A stretch of DNA of 64,000 nucleotides, taken from the NCBI GenBank assembly GCA_965202585.1, contig OZ241829.1, positions 28,334,001 to 28,398,000 of the forward strand. Reading direction: 5' to 3'. Below, piece after piece: positions 10,014 through 22,600 of this stretch. The notes beneath the pieces are model-generated. The model had not been told where the DNA came from and did not search any database. It saw nothing but the letters and a program-made list of their open reading frames with translations. Position 1 is the stretch's first letter. Every line of letters begins with the position of its first letter. Both the position numbers and the translations under genes were made by a program. Source of the stretch: Thalia democratica. Taxonomy: Eukaryota.

Positions 10014-12245
10014 GCAACGGATACGGATCTTGTTTCCGACAGATCAGTAGAAATAAACATTGTTTTACGTACATTTCAAATTTGACCATCAAACTATTTT
10101 TACAAACAGCAATAAATAAATGTAAGTTAGTTTTTACACACAAAAATTAAAAGTTTTATGAAAAGTGATAAGCCTATAATGTTAGTTAAACTTGCAAACC
10201 TATGCAAAAATATAGTGCTGTACAGGAAATTAGATTATATTATAAGATACTTAAAAAAAAACTACTGAATATGCACTTGAATATTTTTTTTCTTCTTTTA
10301 ATTTTAAATAAAAAATGTTTGAACAACATAATTACTTGTCATCTGTAAGGTGGTTTCGAAGGTTTACAAAAGCAGTGCTTTTCACAGTAGACAACTGAGA
10401 TAAGTCCGTATACAATAAATTCGTGAAATTTTTTTTTTCTTTAAAATGTTTTTTGATAGTTTTGCTGTAACTAATTTCTTATAAAAAAAAAGTTTAGAAT
10501 ATATAAATCAATTAAACAAATAGCTTTATTAGTCACTAAAGTATCTAGTCACAGTATATTACTTTAATATCTTTTTCTGTAAACAGATGCAATCATTTTA
10601 AGAAACCCTTATATATTACCTTATTTGCATTTTATTTGACTTGGTACAACTCATCCATGAAAATAAAGCTTTTCGAAAAAATCTAGCGAAAGAAACAGAA
10701 TTTCAAACTCAAAGCTTACTAACTTGCAATAACTTTCAGAAATGTTTCGACTATATATTTAAATCTAATTATTTTTATAGCTAAAACATTAAGTAGAGTA
10801 ACATTTATCTAAATTATATCAGTTGTATGTAGTTAGTTTTAAAGAATCAATTTTTGTAATTGTGACAACAACTTCATGCGTTGAGTTTTAATATTTAATT
10901 TGACATAGTATAGTAATAGCACAAAATAAATAAAAAAGTAACTTAAATAAAGAAAGTTTTTCCTTTTAATTGCAAACAACAAATATAGAATTTAATGCGA
11001 GAATCTTCAAGGTCATGCATGACTAGTTTATTACTTATTTTCCGATTGATCAGTGTTTTGAAAGATAAGTTCTTGCGAAGAAGATTTTGATGAGTCACCA
11101 TTTTTTAAACTAATCCATCGTTGGAAAGATTTTAAGGATTTTCTTAACTAAAACCATTTAATCCGTACTTAAGCCCCGTAAAGAAACAAGCAAATGTTGT
11201 TTGGTGTCTAAAAGTAACATAAATAACCATATAAAACTGTAATTATTTCGTAAGATAATAATAACTTCATCAACATATCGAAGTTGTCGAACCACTATCA
11301 ACTATTTAAAAAATTTAAAAATGTAGTATTTCTGTCGTAATACAACACTAAATGCTAGATGATTTTAAATTGTAAAAGAAAATTAAAAAGGAGTCTTTAA
11401 ACAATTTAAACTTATTAAGTTAAAATTAAACAACTTATCATGTGACAGTTTAAAACAATTACATTTTGTAATGAAATCTAATTGATGTCTAAAATATTTA
11501 TGTACTGACGTTCAATGTCAAATTAGATAACGAATAAAAAACCTTTTTTTTAAATAAAAAGTCTTAAAATCTTTTATTTAAAATAAAACAACAACCAATT
11601 AATTTTACGTCTATAATTTATTCTTAACACGCTAAAAAGTATTGTGTGTTTTTTCAACAACAAATTATATTCGGCCAAACGTTTAACTTGTTTAATAATT
11701 CGCGGTTTTTGGAAGTTGTTGATTTACCTGTTGGATAAGTTGGTCTAATAAACACGTTAAAATGTTTAATGTATATAAAATTACTTTAAACATTTTTCAA
11801 AATTTGTTTTAAAATGTTATAATATATAACATAAAAGTGCATTCTTATTTTACAATATTAATTAGTATTAAAAAAAATTACATTTTTGTATAGCAAAAAA
11901 GAATACAAAGGATAAAAAAAAAACTTCTACAACTTGAAATTTTGTAATTTAAAGGGAGTTTTTCTGTTTATAAGAGATAATTAATAAAATCAAATGCACT
12001 TGAAAACTTAAAAGCTTTTTAATTTACTTGCCGAAAATCTGCTATATTTTTGGTACTTTTTACTTACTGAAAAAGTACTTGTTAACCCTAAATATTTAAA
12101 CGGTTTAAAACTTCCAAAGTGTATAACTTTTTGATTGTACCATACAATTCATACAATATTTATCGTTTTTAAACCTTGGTAAAATAAATGTTATTGATAA
12201 GGATTTTTTTTATATAACTTAAAATTTGATAGAAATATCATTACT

Positions 12246-12561
12246 GGGTGCACGACTATTCAAATTATAACAATTATTAGTAATTAATTATCTATTTTAA
12301 TAAATTTGTTTTCATCTATTGTAATCCTATTATATTTACCTACATAATAATTTTTATTGAGCTTTTTTGAGATATGGTCAAAAAAGGTCATAAAAACTAC
12401 TAAAATATAACACTTTTTAAAATTATGAATTGTCTTTTTTACTAAGAATTTTTAATTGTTTGTGACACAATTATTCAGCTTTTTTTAATAATTTTTGAGA
12501 TGTGGCCCTTTAGAATGTTTCCAAAAAATTAAATTGTAAGAATTTAAATAGTCGTGTAATC
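12246..12561. mobile_element. Mutator-like MITE
   Basis: TIRs GGGTGCACGACTATTCAAATT / AATTTAAATAGTCGTGTAATC; 9-bp TSD ATCATTACT / ATAATTACT (8/9 match). Confidence 0.65.
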
Positions 12562-13656
12562 ATAATTACTTGTAATTTTTTATTATTCTAATGCTAAGAA
12601 TTGTTGCTGTAACTTACTTTTTTCAAACTTTCAACTTAGAAAAATTCAAAAGTAAAATACTTTATTTCACTATTTTAGAATATATTAGTTTATATATAAC
12701 CTTACATATTATTTAAGTCAAAATAGTTAAACTAAAAACTGTCTATCCTTTTACATTGTAAAAGCGTTTAAAAAGATTTACGAAAAATTACATCTTTTAA
12801 TTTATCTAACAAATTTAAATCAAATTTTATAACAATTTAAGATATTAAATAATAAAAAGAAAACTTTTTTTCCGTCCAAAATTTTATTCAATGGTCAATA
12901 TACCGAATAAATACAAATGAAACATAAAAAGTCACTAAATAAATTATTTAAAAAGGACAAACAACACATAGAAGCTACTCTTAACAATGAAGACAAAATT
13001 CACATAAAAAAAGCAAATATTTCACAAAACGAAAATAAAATACCTTCTTTGAAATGTTAATACCAGTTGATATAAGTTAGTGAAAGCCATAATTTTTTTT
13101 CTTGAGAAAAAACGATACATTTAAATAGATGAAAGTTATTTATGATTGACCTTATAGCGCGACGCATCTAATAATTTTAAATTAAAGTTACCGCCGTGAA
13201 ATATATAATATTAAAAAGAGGTTTTCTAATTTAGCAGCCAGCTATATGTAAACTAATTGTAACAGTTTGTAAATTTTTCTTACCCAATGCGTGCTTCATT
13301 TTTTGTATTGAAATCGTAAAACTCATTGATTTAAAATTCAGAACGGAGTTTTTTTTTTTTGATAAAAACGCTTTGACTAGCAAAAAACTTGAATAAAACA
13401 CATTAAAACTACTAATGAAACCAAAAAAAAAAAAAGTTTTCATAATAAAATTGTAAATAGTGTATCAAAATGTGGGTACTTTATTAAGGTGCAGTTAAAA
13501 CTAAATAGTGCCGTGATAAAAGGACGGGTAAAAATTTTCAAAGAAAAATCCCAAAAACCTCCTCTAAGCACACTATATAAAACGCGCGGGGGAAAAGCAA
13601 AATTGCGCGGGAAAAGTTCAGAAACTCTCATCGTTGGGAAAACCCCTAATTCGAGC

Positions 13657-16600
13657 TTAATGAGGAATTATATTCTCAAACGCCTCCTCGTTCAAAGCAA
13701 TGAAGAGCATGATGAGAAATCCCGACACGATTCCGAGGTTGATGATGAAGAAGTTGAACCAGCCCTTGGATCTGTCGCCAGCCTCTGCTACCACACACGG
13801 AAGCTGTTTGAAAAATAAACAATATGTAAAATAATTGTATGATAAAAAAAAGATGAATATTTTGAAAAAATAAATTAATTAAATGATATATTTGTGATCA
13901 AATGATTAAGATTTATAAAATACTTTTAAAGAGTTAATTAGTAATTTAAATGTTTGAGACTAAAAACTAAGTACTTTAATTATTAGTAGACAATTAAGTT
14001 GTATGAGGTAAATTTAAATAGATTAATTAGTTGTTGAGATAAATATAAATAAATCAATTCTTTATATGAGATCTTGTAAAAAAACTACTTTTTTAGTAAA
14101 TGTAAATAACTTAATTGTTTGTATGAGATCTTGTAAATAAATTAATCAGCTGCTAAGGTATTTGTAAATAAACAAGTTGTATTTAGTGCTCGTGAAAAAC
14201 AAGTTACGTGAGATATTTTCAAATAAACTAATTAAATGAGGTACTTGTAAAAATAAACAAGATGATCAGTTAAACACGATAATATTTTTTCTAAACAATA
14301 TAACAAACAAACCATGTTAACGAGTGAAACGTATAGAAAACCTCCAGCAGTCATGGCGAGTATCCAAGGTTTCAGTCCTTCAGTCATCTCTCCCAATGCC
14401 AATCCTGTAATAAGACATTTTGTTACTCCAAATAAGCGTGCAAAAATTTATGCTTGGTTTAAAAAAATTCTGATTACAAGGTAAATAAAACACTTAAAAC
14501 ATAATGTTAAGCCTAGTTGTATTTAAGTTAATAAAAAAAAATCAAATTATACTCCAAATTGTACTTTGATTTCTAAGGTTAAAAATAGTGGGTAATTTTC
14601 TTATTAAAATTTATATCTAATAAAATAACCGTTTAGATTATTTTATCATATTCTGCCCAGGCGAAATTTACTTATCATAACTTTTAATCGGATAATCGTT
14701 ACGCAATACCCAACTAAACTTAAATTGCGATTTTTACGACTTATAATCGAATATATTGTGTATTGCAATGGAATTTGAATTTTGGTTTAAATGTTGCTTC
14801 AGGCAATATCACATGAAATTACCATTTAAAATAAAGCAACTCTATTTTCTTTTTTTTTAAGAATACAAAAATAAATGGCTTATTTGATGTTATATATAAT
14901 TGTTTACATAATAAATAAATTAATTGTTGGTAAACAAACATGAAAAAAACCATTTGTTATAGGAATAAAAGTAACCGTTTGACATAAATAACAAGAAAAA
15001 TAAACCATTACGTAAATAAAATATTAGTTCTAATGTCGGTAGAGTTTTGTTGTATTTAGAAGTTTTTTTTTTAACTATTTATTTATTATAAAATCATTTA
15101 TAAAAACCTAATCAACTTACATGTAAAAGTGTTGTGTAAACATGAAATACTTTTACTGTTTTCTAATCAAATATGATGTTAAAATAAGTAAATATGTTCA
15201 AACTATAACTACTTTGAATTTTCTTAGATATTAGAAAAAAAATCTAAAGCAAAGTTAAAGTTTCTACATTAACATAACCTGTATTTCAATTTAATTAACA
15301 TTTTTAACATAGAAAACAAAATAATGTAGAAATCATTAAAATTCCGTAAACTCGCTAGAACATAACGCTTAGATACATTTTATCAACACAAAGTTACACA
15401 CTGTAGAATGGTGTAATACACTCATCTGTCAAAATTAAAGGGGATATGAAAGCCAGTGATGTGATGAAATATTTGTTTTAATGGCCAATAAAAATAAATT
15501 CGTGTCAGAAACGCATATACACTTGCCTCGCCACAAATTGAATGGAACTCAATTACACTATGTACTTATTGTACAGCTAGAAATTTATGAAACTTTAAAA
15601 ATTGATTAAATGTTTAATACTTGGACTAACTTCGTCTTCCTAAATAATTTTTAATTTCAGAGAACATTTTTGAACTTTCGTAAGCTTACACTAAGCTTCA
15701 AATGAACTACAACTTACTATATCAGCTAATCAAAGTAGCACAACTTCCTATTCAGGGATTGCCAAACCGCTAATTTAATTTGTTTCATCTTATTTTTCAA
15801 CTAATTATTATTTTCACTGAACTATCACTCTTTTTTATTAGTACATTTAAAAAATATATATCTTAACTATAATCTAACTAAGACTTCGGCTTGTCTAAAA
15901 TTTATAATTTTATTATTGACTGTTTCGCAAGAAATATATTTTTCTAACAAACCAGCAAAAACTCAAGAATTTTTTTACACTACTTATTTAAGGGCATAGG
16001 GGGGGGGGGGGGGGGGTAAACACCCTTTTTGGTTTTTGATCTTATTTTATATAGTTTTTACTAAGCTACAACATACTTTTTACAGATTTAAAAAATTCAA
16101 AATAATTTTTGAGATGTAGCCGGTCAAAGTCGGAGGCAACAATAGGATCCTTATGGGAGGCGCAAACTAAAACGGCAAATAACTAGAAATCACTAAAAAT
16201 CTATCTCCTCCTACGTTTTTTGAGATAACTACCTCAAATTTTCAGGAAATGTTCCTTGCAGTATTTAGAAAATTCTGTCATAAGGAATTTTAAAAAAATT
16301 ATTAAAAAAAAATTTTATAATAAAAAAACAAAAAAAAAACTGTTTTTTTTTGTTTATTTTTCATATAATTTTTTCAATTTTTATTTTTTTAAAAATTCCT
16401 TCTGTCAGAATTTTCTAAATATATTAAGGAGCACTTCCTGAAATTTTGAGGTAGTTTTCTCAAAAAACGTAGGAGAAGATAGATTTTTAGTGAAATAGTC
16501 TATTTTTGCCCTTTAGTTTGCGCCTCCCATAAGAAACCTATTGTCGGCTCCGACTTTGACCGGCTATATCTCAAAAATTATTTTGAATTTTTTAAATCTG

Positions 16601-19600
16601 TAAAAAGCACCTTGTAGCTTAGTAAAAACTATATAAAATAAGATCAAAAACCAAAAAAGGGTGTTTACCCCCCCCCCCCCTATGCCCTTAAACATTAAAT
16701 TTTAGTGTTCTTCCCAAACAAAAAAGATAAATTATTATCCAAAAATTTAAACTACTTTTTTCAAACTAAATACCTGAATGTTTTTTTTTAATAAAAAAAA
16801 CTAATCAATAACAAACCGATAAAAGTTCCGAAGAAGGCGAGGCAAGCGGACATGAGGTTGAAGAGAACGGCCTTCTTGATCGACATTCCGCTCCTTAGTA
16901 GCAGCGCGAAATCGCCAAGTTCCTGCGGAAGTTCGTGCAGGAGAATGGCGACGCTGGTGGACAGACCCGCCGCCATCGAACCCGTGAATGCTGCGCCTGT
17001 GGAGATTGTTTAAATAATATAAAATGGCCATTTTTAGAAATGTTTGAGGCTTGTGAATGTTGTACATGTATGTGGGGTAAAAATTGTAAAGTGGAAGTTT
17101 GTAAATAGCAAATAAAACTTTTAAAAGATTAGAAAAAGGAAGTTTTCTGAAAAGTTTTAGTTGAATGCTGCTGCACCTGTGTTTGGGTGAAATTGATTTA
17201 TAAATGTAAAAAGGATATGAGTAAAAAAATATTTTACAGTATATATGTAAATATTTGTAAAAATGTAAAATTGTAAAAGTAATTTTTAATAAATATCTTA
17301 CTTTTTATGAAAGTCATACTTATTTGTTAATACAAATATGAGACAATTTAAACCCGAGTGCTTAAAAATAAAATTGTACTAGCTTTGTAAAAAGTATATT
17401 TAAAAAATTTTAGAATTCAATTAAAACACGATTTTGACGATTTTGACTATTTACAACTTTGTTAATAGTACTTCATATAGTTTTTTCTCACATTAACTTA
17501 TGCCAATGGTCAATTTGATAAACACATAAATTTTATAAAAACAAATTATAAATTAATTATTCCCTGCAAAACTAGGAAAAGTAATTAAACTTTAAACAAA
17601 ACAAATACTTGCAGCTGAAAGTGATTCGCCTTATTAGGAGTAAAGTATAAAGTTACTAACAAAAAAAAAAACATTAAAAAGCTGTGAGCAATTAGCTACT
17701 CAAGACAGGATGTAACTCAATAATGGTGTTGGTAAAAATAAACCATTTTAATATGAAGAAAATGGTCATTAAACATTATAAGCAGTTAGATAGGATAATC
17801 TATGCTTTTTAGAATACGCAGGTTGAGAAAATATTTCAATTTATGTACTTATCATTTCATTTTACTTAAGTGGTTTAGAATATTGGTGTTTACAGGGTGG
17901 CCACTGGTTTTTGAGAAATTTCTTCCAGGTTTTTGAAAGTACACGTTTTCGGGTCTATTTTTAGTTTTAAGTTAAATTTTAGGTTTAAAACTGTGTTAAG
18001 TAGCATAAAATTATTGAATAGATACAGTTAAGCTTACTTTAAATGTGTCTTTAAATTTAAAAAAAGGTTTTCATGGTGACAATCTTTATCTATTTATATT
18101 ATAGATATGTCGTCTCAAATCAAAATTTTACTACTTTACATGTAAAAATTGTTTAAAATATCAGGTTTTTTTCAAAATTTTAGCTATTTTAATCATAAAT
18201 TGTCAAATTCCAGGTTTTTCCAGGATTCCAGGTTTAGTGGCCACCCTGTGTTCAATTCAAATAAAACTTTTAAAAACGCTTAAGTAATTACTGTTACCTA
18301 AATATAGATTGATTAATTTTTATTACTTTTTTATCGCATTTACTTTAAAGTTATATGTTTTTACATTTCCAAATACTTTATTACAATTTTAGTACCGCTT
18401 TCTGCTTACAGAAACTATTTTAAGCATGCGATTTACAACTTTTTAAATTTCTAAAATAACCACAATTAAACAGCAAATAAAATAAGAGCAACGACTTAAC
18501 CTACTAAACATTGAACTGTATGCAGAGTTCGCTTAACATATTCTCAACAGCAATGTAATTTCCTGCTACTTTTACCTCACTCGAAAATGATTGTTCAAAT
18601 GGTGCAAAAGGCTAACAAAGGTTAAAAAATATTTTCTCAACAAATAATGGTGTGTGTCACTACGTCCTTTTTGTAAATGACGTAGTCACGTGCCATTATG
18701 CTTTGTTTAAATTTATTTTCATTTTCAGAACAATTTTCATAAGGATGTCTTATAGACGTTTTGTTATATTTGAGAAAACTTTATGAACAACTTTAATTGT
18801 GTTTACATCTTAAAAAAGCAAAAAATTACTATTTTTAATCAAATTATTTGTACTAAGCTTTATACTTATAGTTATTTGTACACTTTAGTATTTAGCATTG
18901 GCCATTATTTCTGTGAAACTTAAAATTTTCTCTCCAACTTATTGTTCTATTGATGTCGCACCATTTACATCCTGTTTTGTGGTAAACCAAATTGTTTACA
19001 GATTAAATGGTTTTTTGTGCATCATTTGGCAGTTGTTATCAGGAACTTTATACGCAGTTCTTTTATAGCTTATGAAAAGACCATTAAATTTCAAATAGTA
19101 TCAAATTTTACAATTTATTTCTAAAGTTTTATAATAAAGCAACATAATCTTTATTATACGTAATAAGAAATAGTTTTAAAACTTTTATAACAAGCGACAT
19201 TAAAATAATGTTATTTTTATTAGAAAACTCTTTTACCATTTTTCTCTTTTAAGTATGTTTAGTTTATGCAAAGCTTCCTTAAAAGAAAAACCAACAAATT
19301 ACATTTAAAGTAGTTGTTTATATAACTATTTAAATAAATTATAAATTTAGATGTTTCAATTTGCGCAAAAAACTATTAGTCATGTTTAAAAGTTTATAGT
19401 ATTTGTTAAAATAATATTTCTAAACTTTTGTTGTAAGTAAAATGAACTAATAAAACTAAATTCAAATAAAATATTTATTATTTCCTAAAACTTTAACGGA
19501 TACATTTTTATCTATTGGAAAAATCAAACAAATGTTTTCCTTTTTTTTTTTTAAAACAGATTAGCCTTTTAAAATGTTTTGTTAAAAACCAATAAAAGAC

Positions 19601-22600
19601 TAATCTGAGCTTAGTATTTCGAACAAAAAGCTTAATTTTAGAACAAAAAACATCAAGCTTTTTGTTTTAGCTCGTAAATGGTTTTTAAAACTTTTGGTAG
19701 TTCAATAAATGGTCAAAACCATAATTTATATGTTTTTTAATGGTTCAAAAAATAAAAAATAAACTTAAATTCAGCTGTTTAAAGCAGCTCACTTCAAACA
19801 ATCTTTCAGCTCGTTTTGTAGTTTTAATATAATTTTTTTATTTATTAGGCTTTAAAAGCACCAATTAATTATAAATTGGTTCAATTCACATGATTCCAAT
19901 TAAGTCCGAAATTATTGATGACTTTGTGATTAATTAATCTTACTAAAACTTTTTGTTTAAATATTTCTAAAATTTAAAATTTTGAAAAATAAATTAGAAT
20001 TTAAATTTAAAAAATACTTTAAAGGAAAATATTATTTAAGAAAATTTTAAGACCTTATATTCAAAATTTAATGAAAAATCTATACAAATAAATTAAACTG
20101 TATCAAGTTTTATGCAGAAAATATTAATAGTATTCGTATATAAATGTCGTGTTATATTATCTTAATGTTTAATTTTACATAACCGATAACATCAAAAAAA
20201 CTTGCTTTATTGCATTCTAAAACAACTTCATTAAAATTAAGGATATACTCATGTTTGCTTTTATGAGCTTGAAACAGTGAACTTCTTAAATAAAACAAGA
20301 ATAAAATTAGCCAACGGGACACTTCACTTAATTAAACATCAACTACTAATAATTGCTTTAGAAAGTTATAGAACTTAAGTAACATTATTATTGTTAACTT
20401 GAATTAAATTCACGTATACAAAAAAAAAAATTTTGCACGAATGCAGCCAAACCAATAGCCAATCCGTCAGAGAACTTTATTTAGATAATTTAGATTTTTT
20501 TAGAAAACTTTGTTAAAAATTTCTTTGCTACAAACTATTATTCATATAGAAGCAACATGACAATTAATAATCCTTCATAATAAAATTAATCTTTTTATCA
20601 ATTATAATAACATTCCACCAACAAATAGCGAGTCCGTCAGAGAAGTTGTGGATTGTATACAATAAACTACTGAAACATATCCTTGCTTTGTAAAAAAAAC
20701 TAATTAAAGCTCTAATAATTTAGTTGTAAATTGTTATAATGCATAAAATAAAAATAACTTTTTTGTCACAACTACTTTTGCAACAATACAAATTAAGAAC
20801 CAACCAATAGCAAGTCCGTCAGAGAAGTTGTGGAGGCCGTCACCCACGATTATCATGTATGCCATCTTGAGCACGCCACCTTGCGACGCCTCCAACATCT
20901 CCTTCTGGTCGTGGTGGTGGTGATGGTGCGAGTGGTGGTGGTGGTCATCTGTTTGGGGGATTTTATTTTTCATATTCTATTTTTGTATCTAACTTTATAA
21001 TTTAAGTAACTGTTTGGAGGCTCTTTATTAAGTACTTGCTTAAGGAATTCTATTTTAGTATTTGTTTGGGGTAAGTAATTTTGGTATATGTTTGTATGGG
21101 GTTATTCTTGATTGTAACATATAATAGTCTATTAATCAGAAGTGCTTTCCTTTAAAATCTATTTTCTTAAAAAGGTGGGTATTTGTTTGGGGAATTTAAT
21201 TACAGTTATCTGTTTTGGGGGTTTTATTGTATAATCTGGGATTTGTTTATATAATGTAAGATTTTCTCTCAATTGGGAATGCTTTTTCTCTTAAATGTAT
21301 TTTGAGTATATTGCAAAATGATATAGGGGAAAATTATCAGTTTAAAAAAGATACAATACCGTAAAAAAAATATATATTTACTTGTATACAACTATCAAAA
21401 AAAACCATATATTTTTAAAAGCCCGTATAACACATAGCAGAGGCATCTTTGAAACACATCTAACAAAAATTTTGTGGAAATAAATAAAAATATTTACTTT
21501 GCATCAATCAAAGTTGTTTGTGTGTTTTTCTTGTTTGATAGTAACACTATAAATAAATTTAAACTAGCTTTGGAACAATTAATTTCAAAAAGAAAAAACA
21601 TAAAATCAAAAGAGTTTGTTTAATTAACCCAACGCGCCAGTTTAGTTTTGTTTGCACAATGAAGTATTCAATATTTTCCTAATAAAACAAAACTTCTGTA
21701 ATCACAGTGACTCTGCACTTTAAATTAAAAATTCACATTTCAAATTGACTTGAATTTTGTAAAAATAATTTTTTGTTTGTACACAAATGAGCATTTTATT
21801 TCACTTAACATTTAAAATCATTCGATATAAAAACTACATGACTAATGTTAGATATTAAAATGACATTTCTTTCTTTAATAAATTACTTTAAACACTCAAG
21901 AAAATTATTTTTTTTTTTGTTTTGATCAATCACAAAAGTAAATGAACAAACTATTAAAAACAAATGCACCAGCTGTTTTGATACGCAAAATATATATTTA
22001 TTTTATGTAAACATGCTCGCGGTTAATGAAAACCAAAACACGCCTCTTTATACAAGCCAACCGTATATTGTTTAAACTAGGTCAATTATAAAACAAATCT
22101 AAAAAGTACAAAATCAATAACAATGCAGAATTTTAATCAAATTTTAATCTTTTTTTACAGATGTTCTGCCAATGGACATTTGAAAAAAGAAGATTTCTTA
22201 TCCTAAAAAACATATTTATATTTAAAATACATTTTTAAAGTATTTGATTACCCTAATAAATAATTAAATTAAAATAATTACTTTGTTATAGTACTAATGC
22301 AATTAATAAAAACTAAAAATATACCTCCGGATTCAACATCAACTGTTGAAACTTCGACCTTCACATCTTTATCCCCGATAAGTCCTTCTGTTGAAATTTC
22401 AGTAGCTATTTAAAGTCTAATGTAGATACTTTATTTTAAACCCTATTTTAAACTGTGATTTATTATTATTACGTTGTTAACAGCTCTAAACGTTTAATTA
22501 GCAGAAAGGTATATAATTAAATTTAGAAATTTACTTTGATCTACTTTCAACAAATGAAGCAGGCGTTAAACCTCATTTCAAATAAAAAGGGCTAATTGCA

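Larger units (their letters stand above)
3799..10049 (-). mobile_element. Internally deleted hAT DNA transposon (copy B, ~1.44 kb) interrupted by an LTR retrotransposon
   Basis: Termini AAGTGATCTACCGGA (3799) and TCCGACAGATCAGTA (ending 10049), with GGATCCGG subterminal repeats at both ends. 8-bp TSD GTAATAAA (3791-3798) / GAAATAAA (10050-10057). Transposase remnants on the minus strand. Confidence 0.85.

Noticed and set aside
13489-13818. Plus-strand 109-aa ORF; similar track ORFs at 16801-17067, 28464-28778, 33562-33750, 35304-35522, 51784-52038, 53540-53785 and 55231-55440
   Set aside because: Each is the antisense or wrong-frame reading of a GC-rich exon already explained by a spliced gene.
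16905-16945. Horizontal transfer from bacteria to explain the PQE motif
   Set aside because: The gene has 13 introns, a signal peptide and a PAL-type animal ectodomain; a point substitution is simpler.
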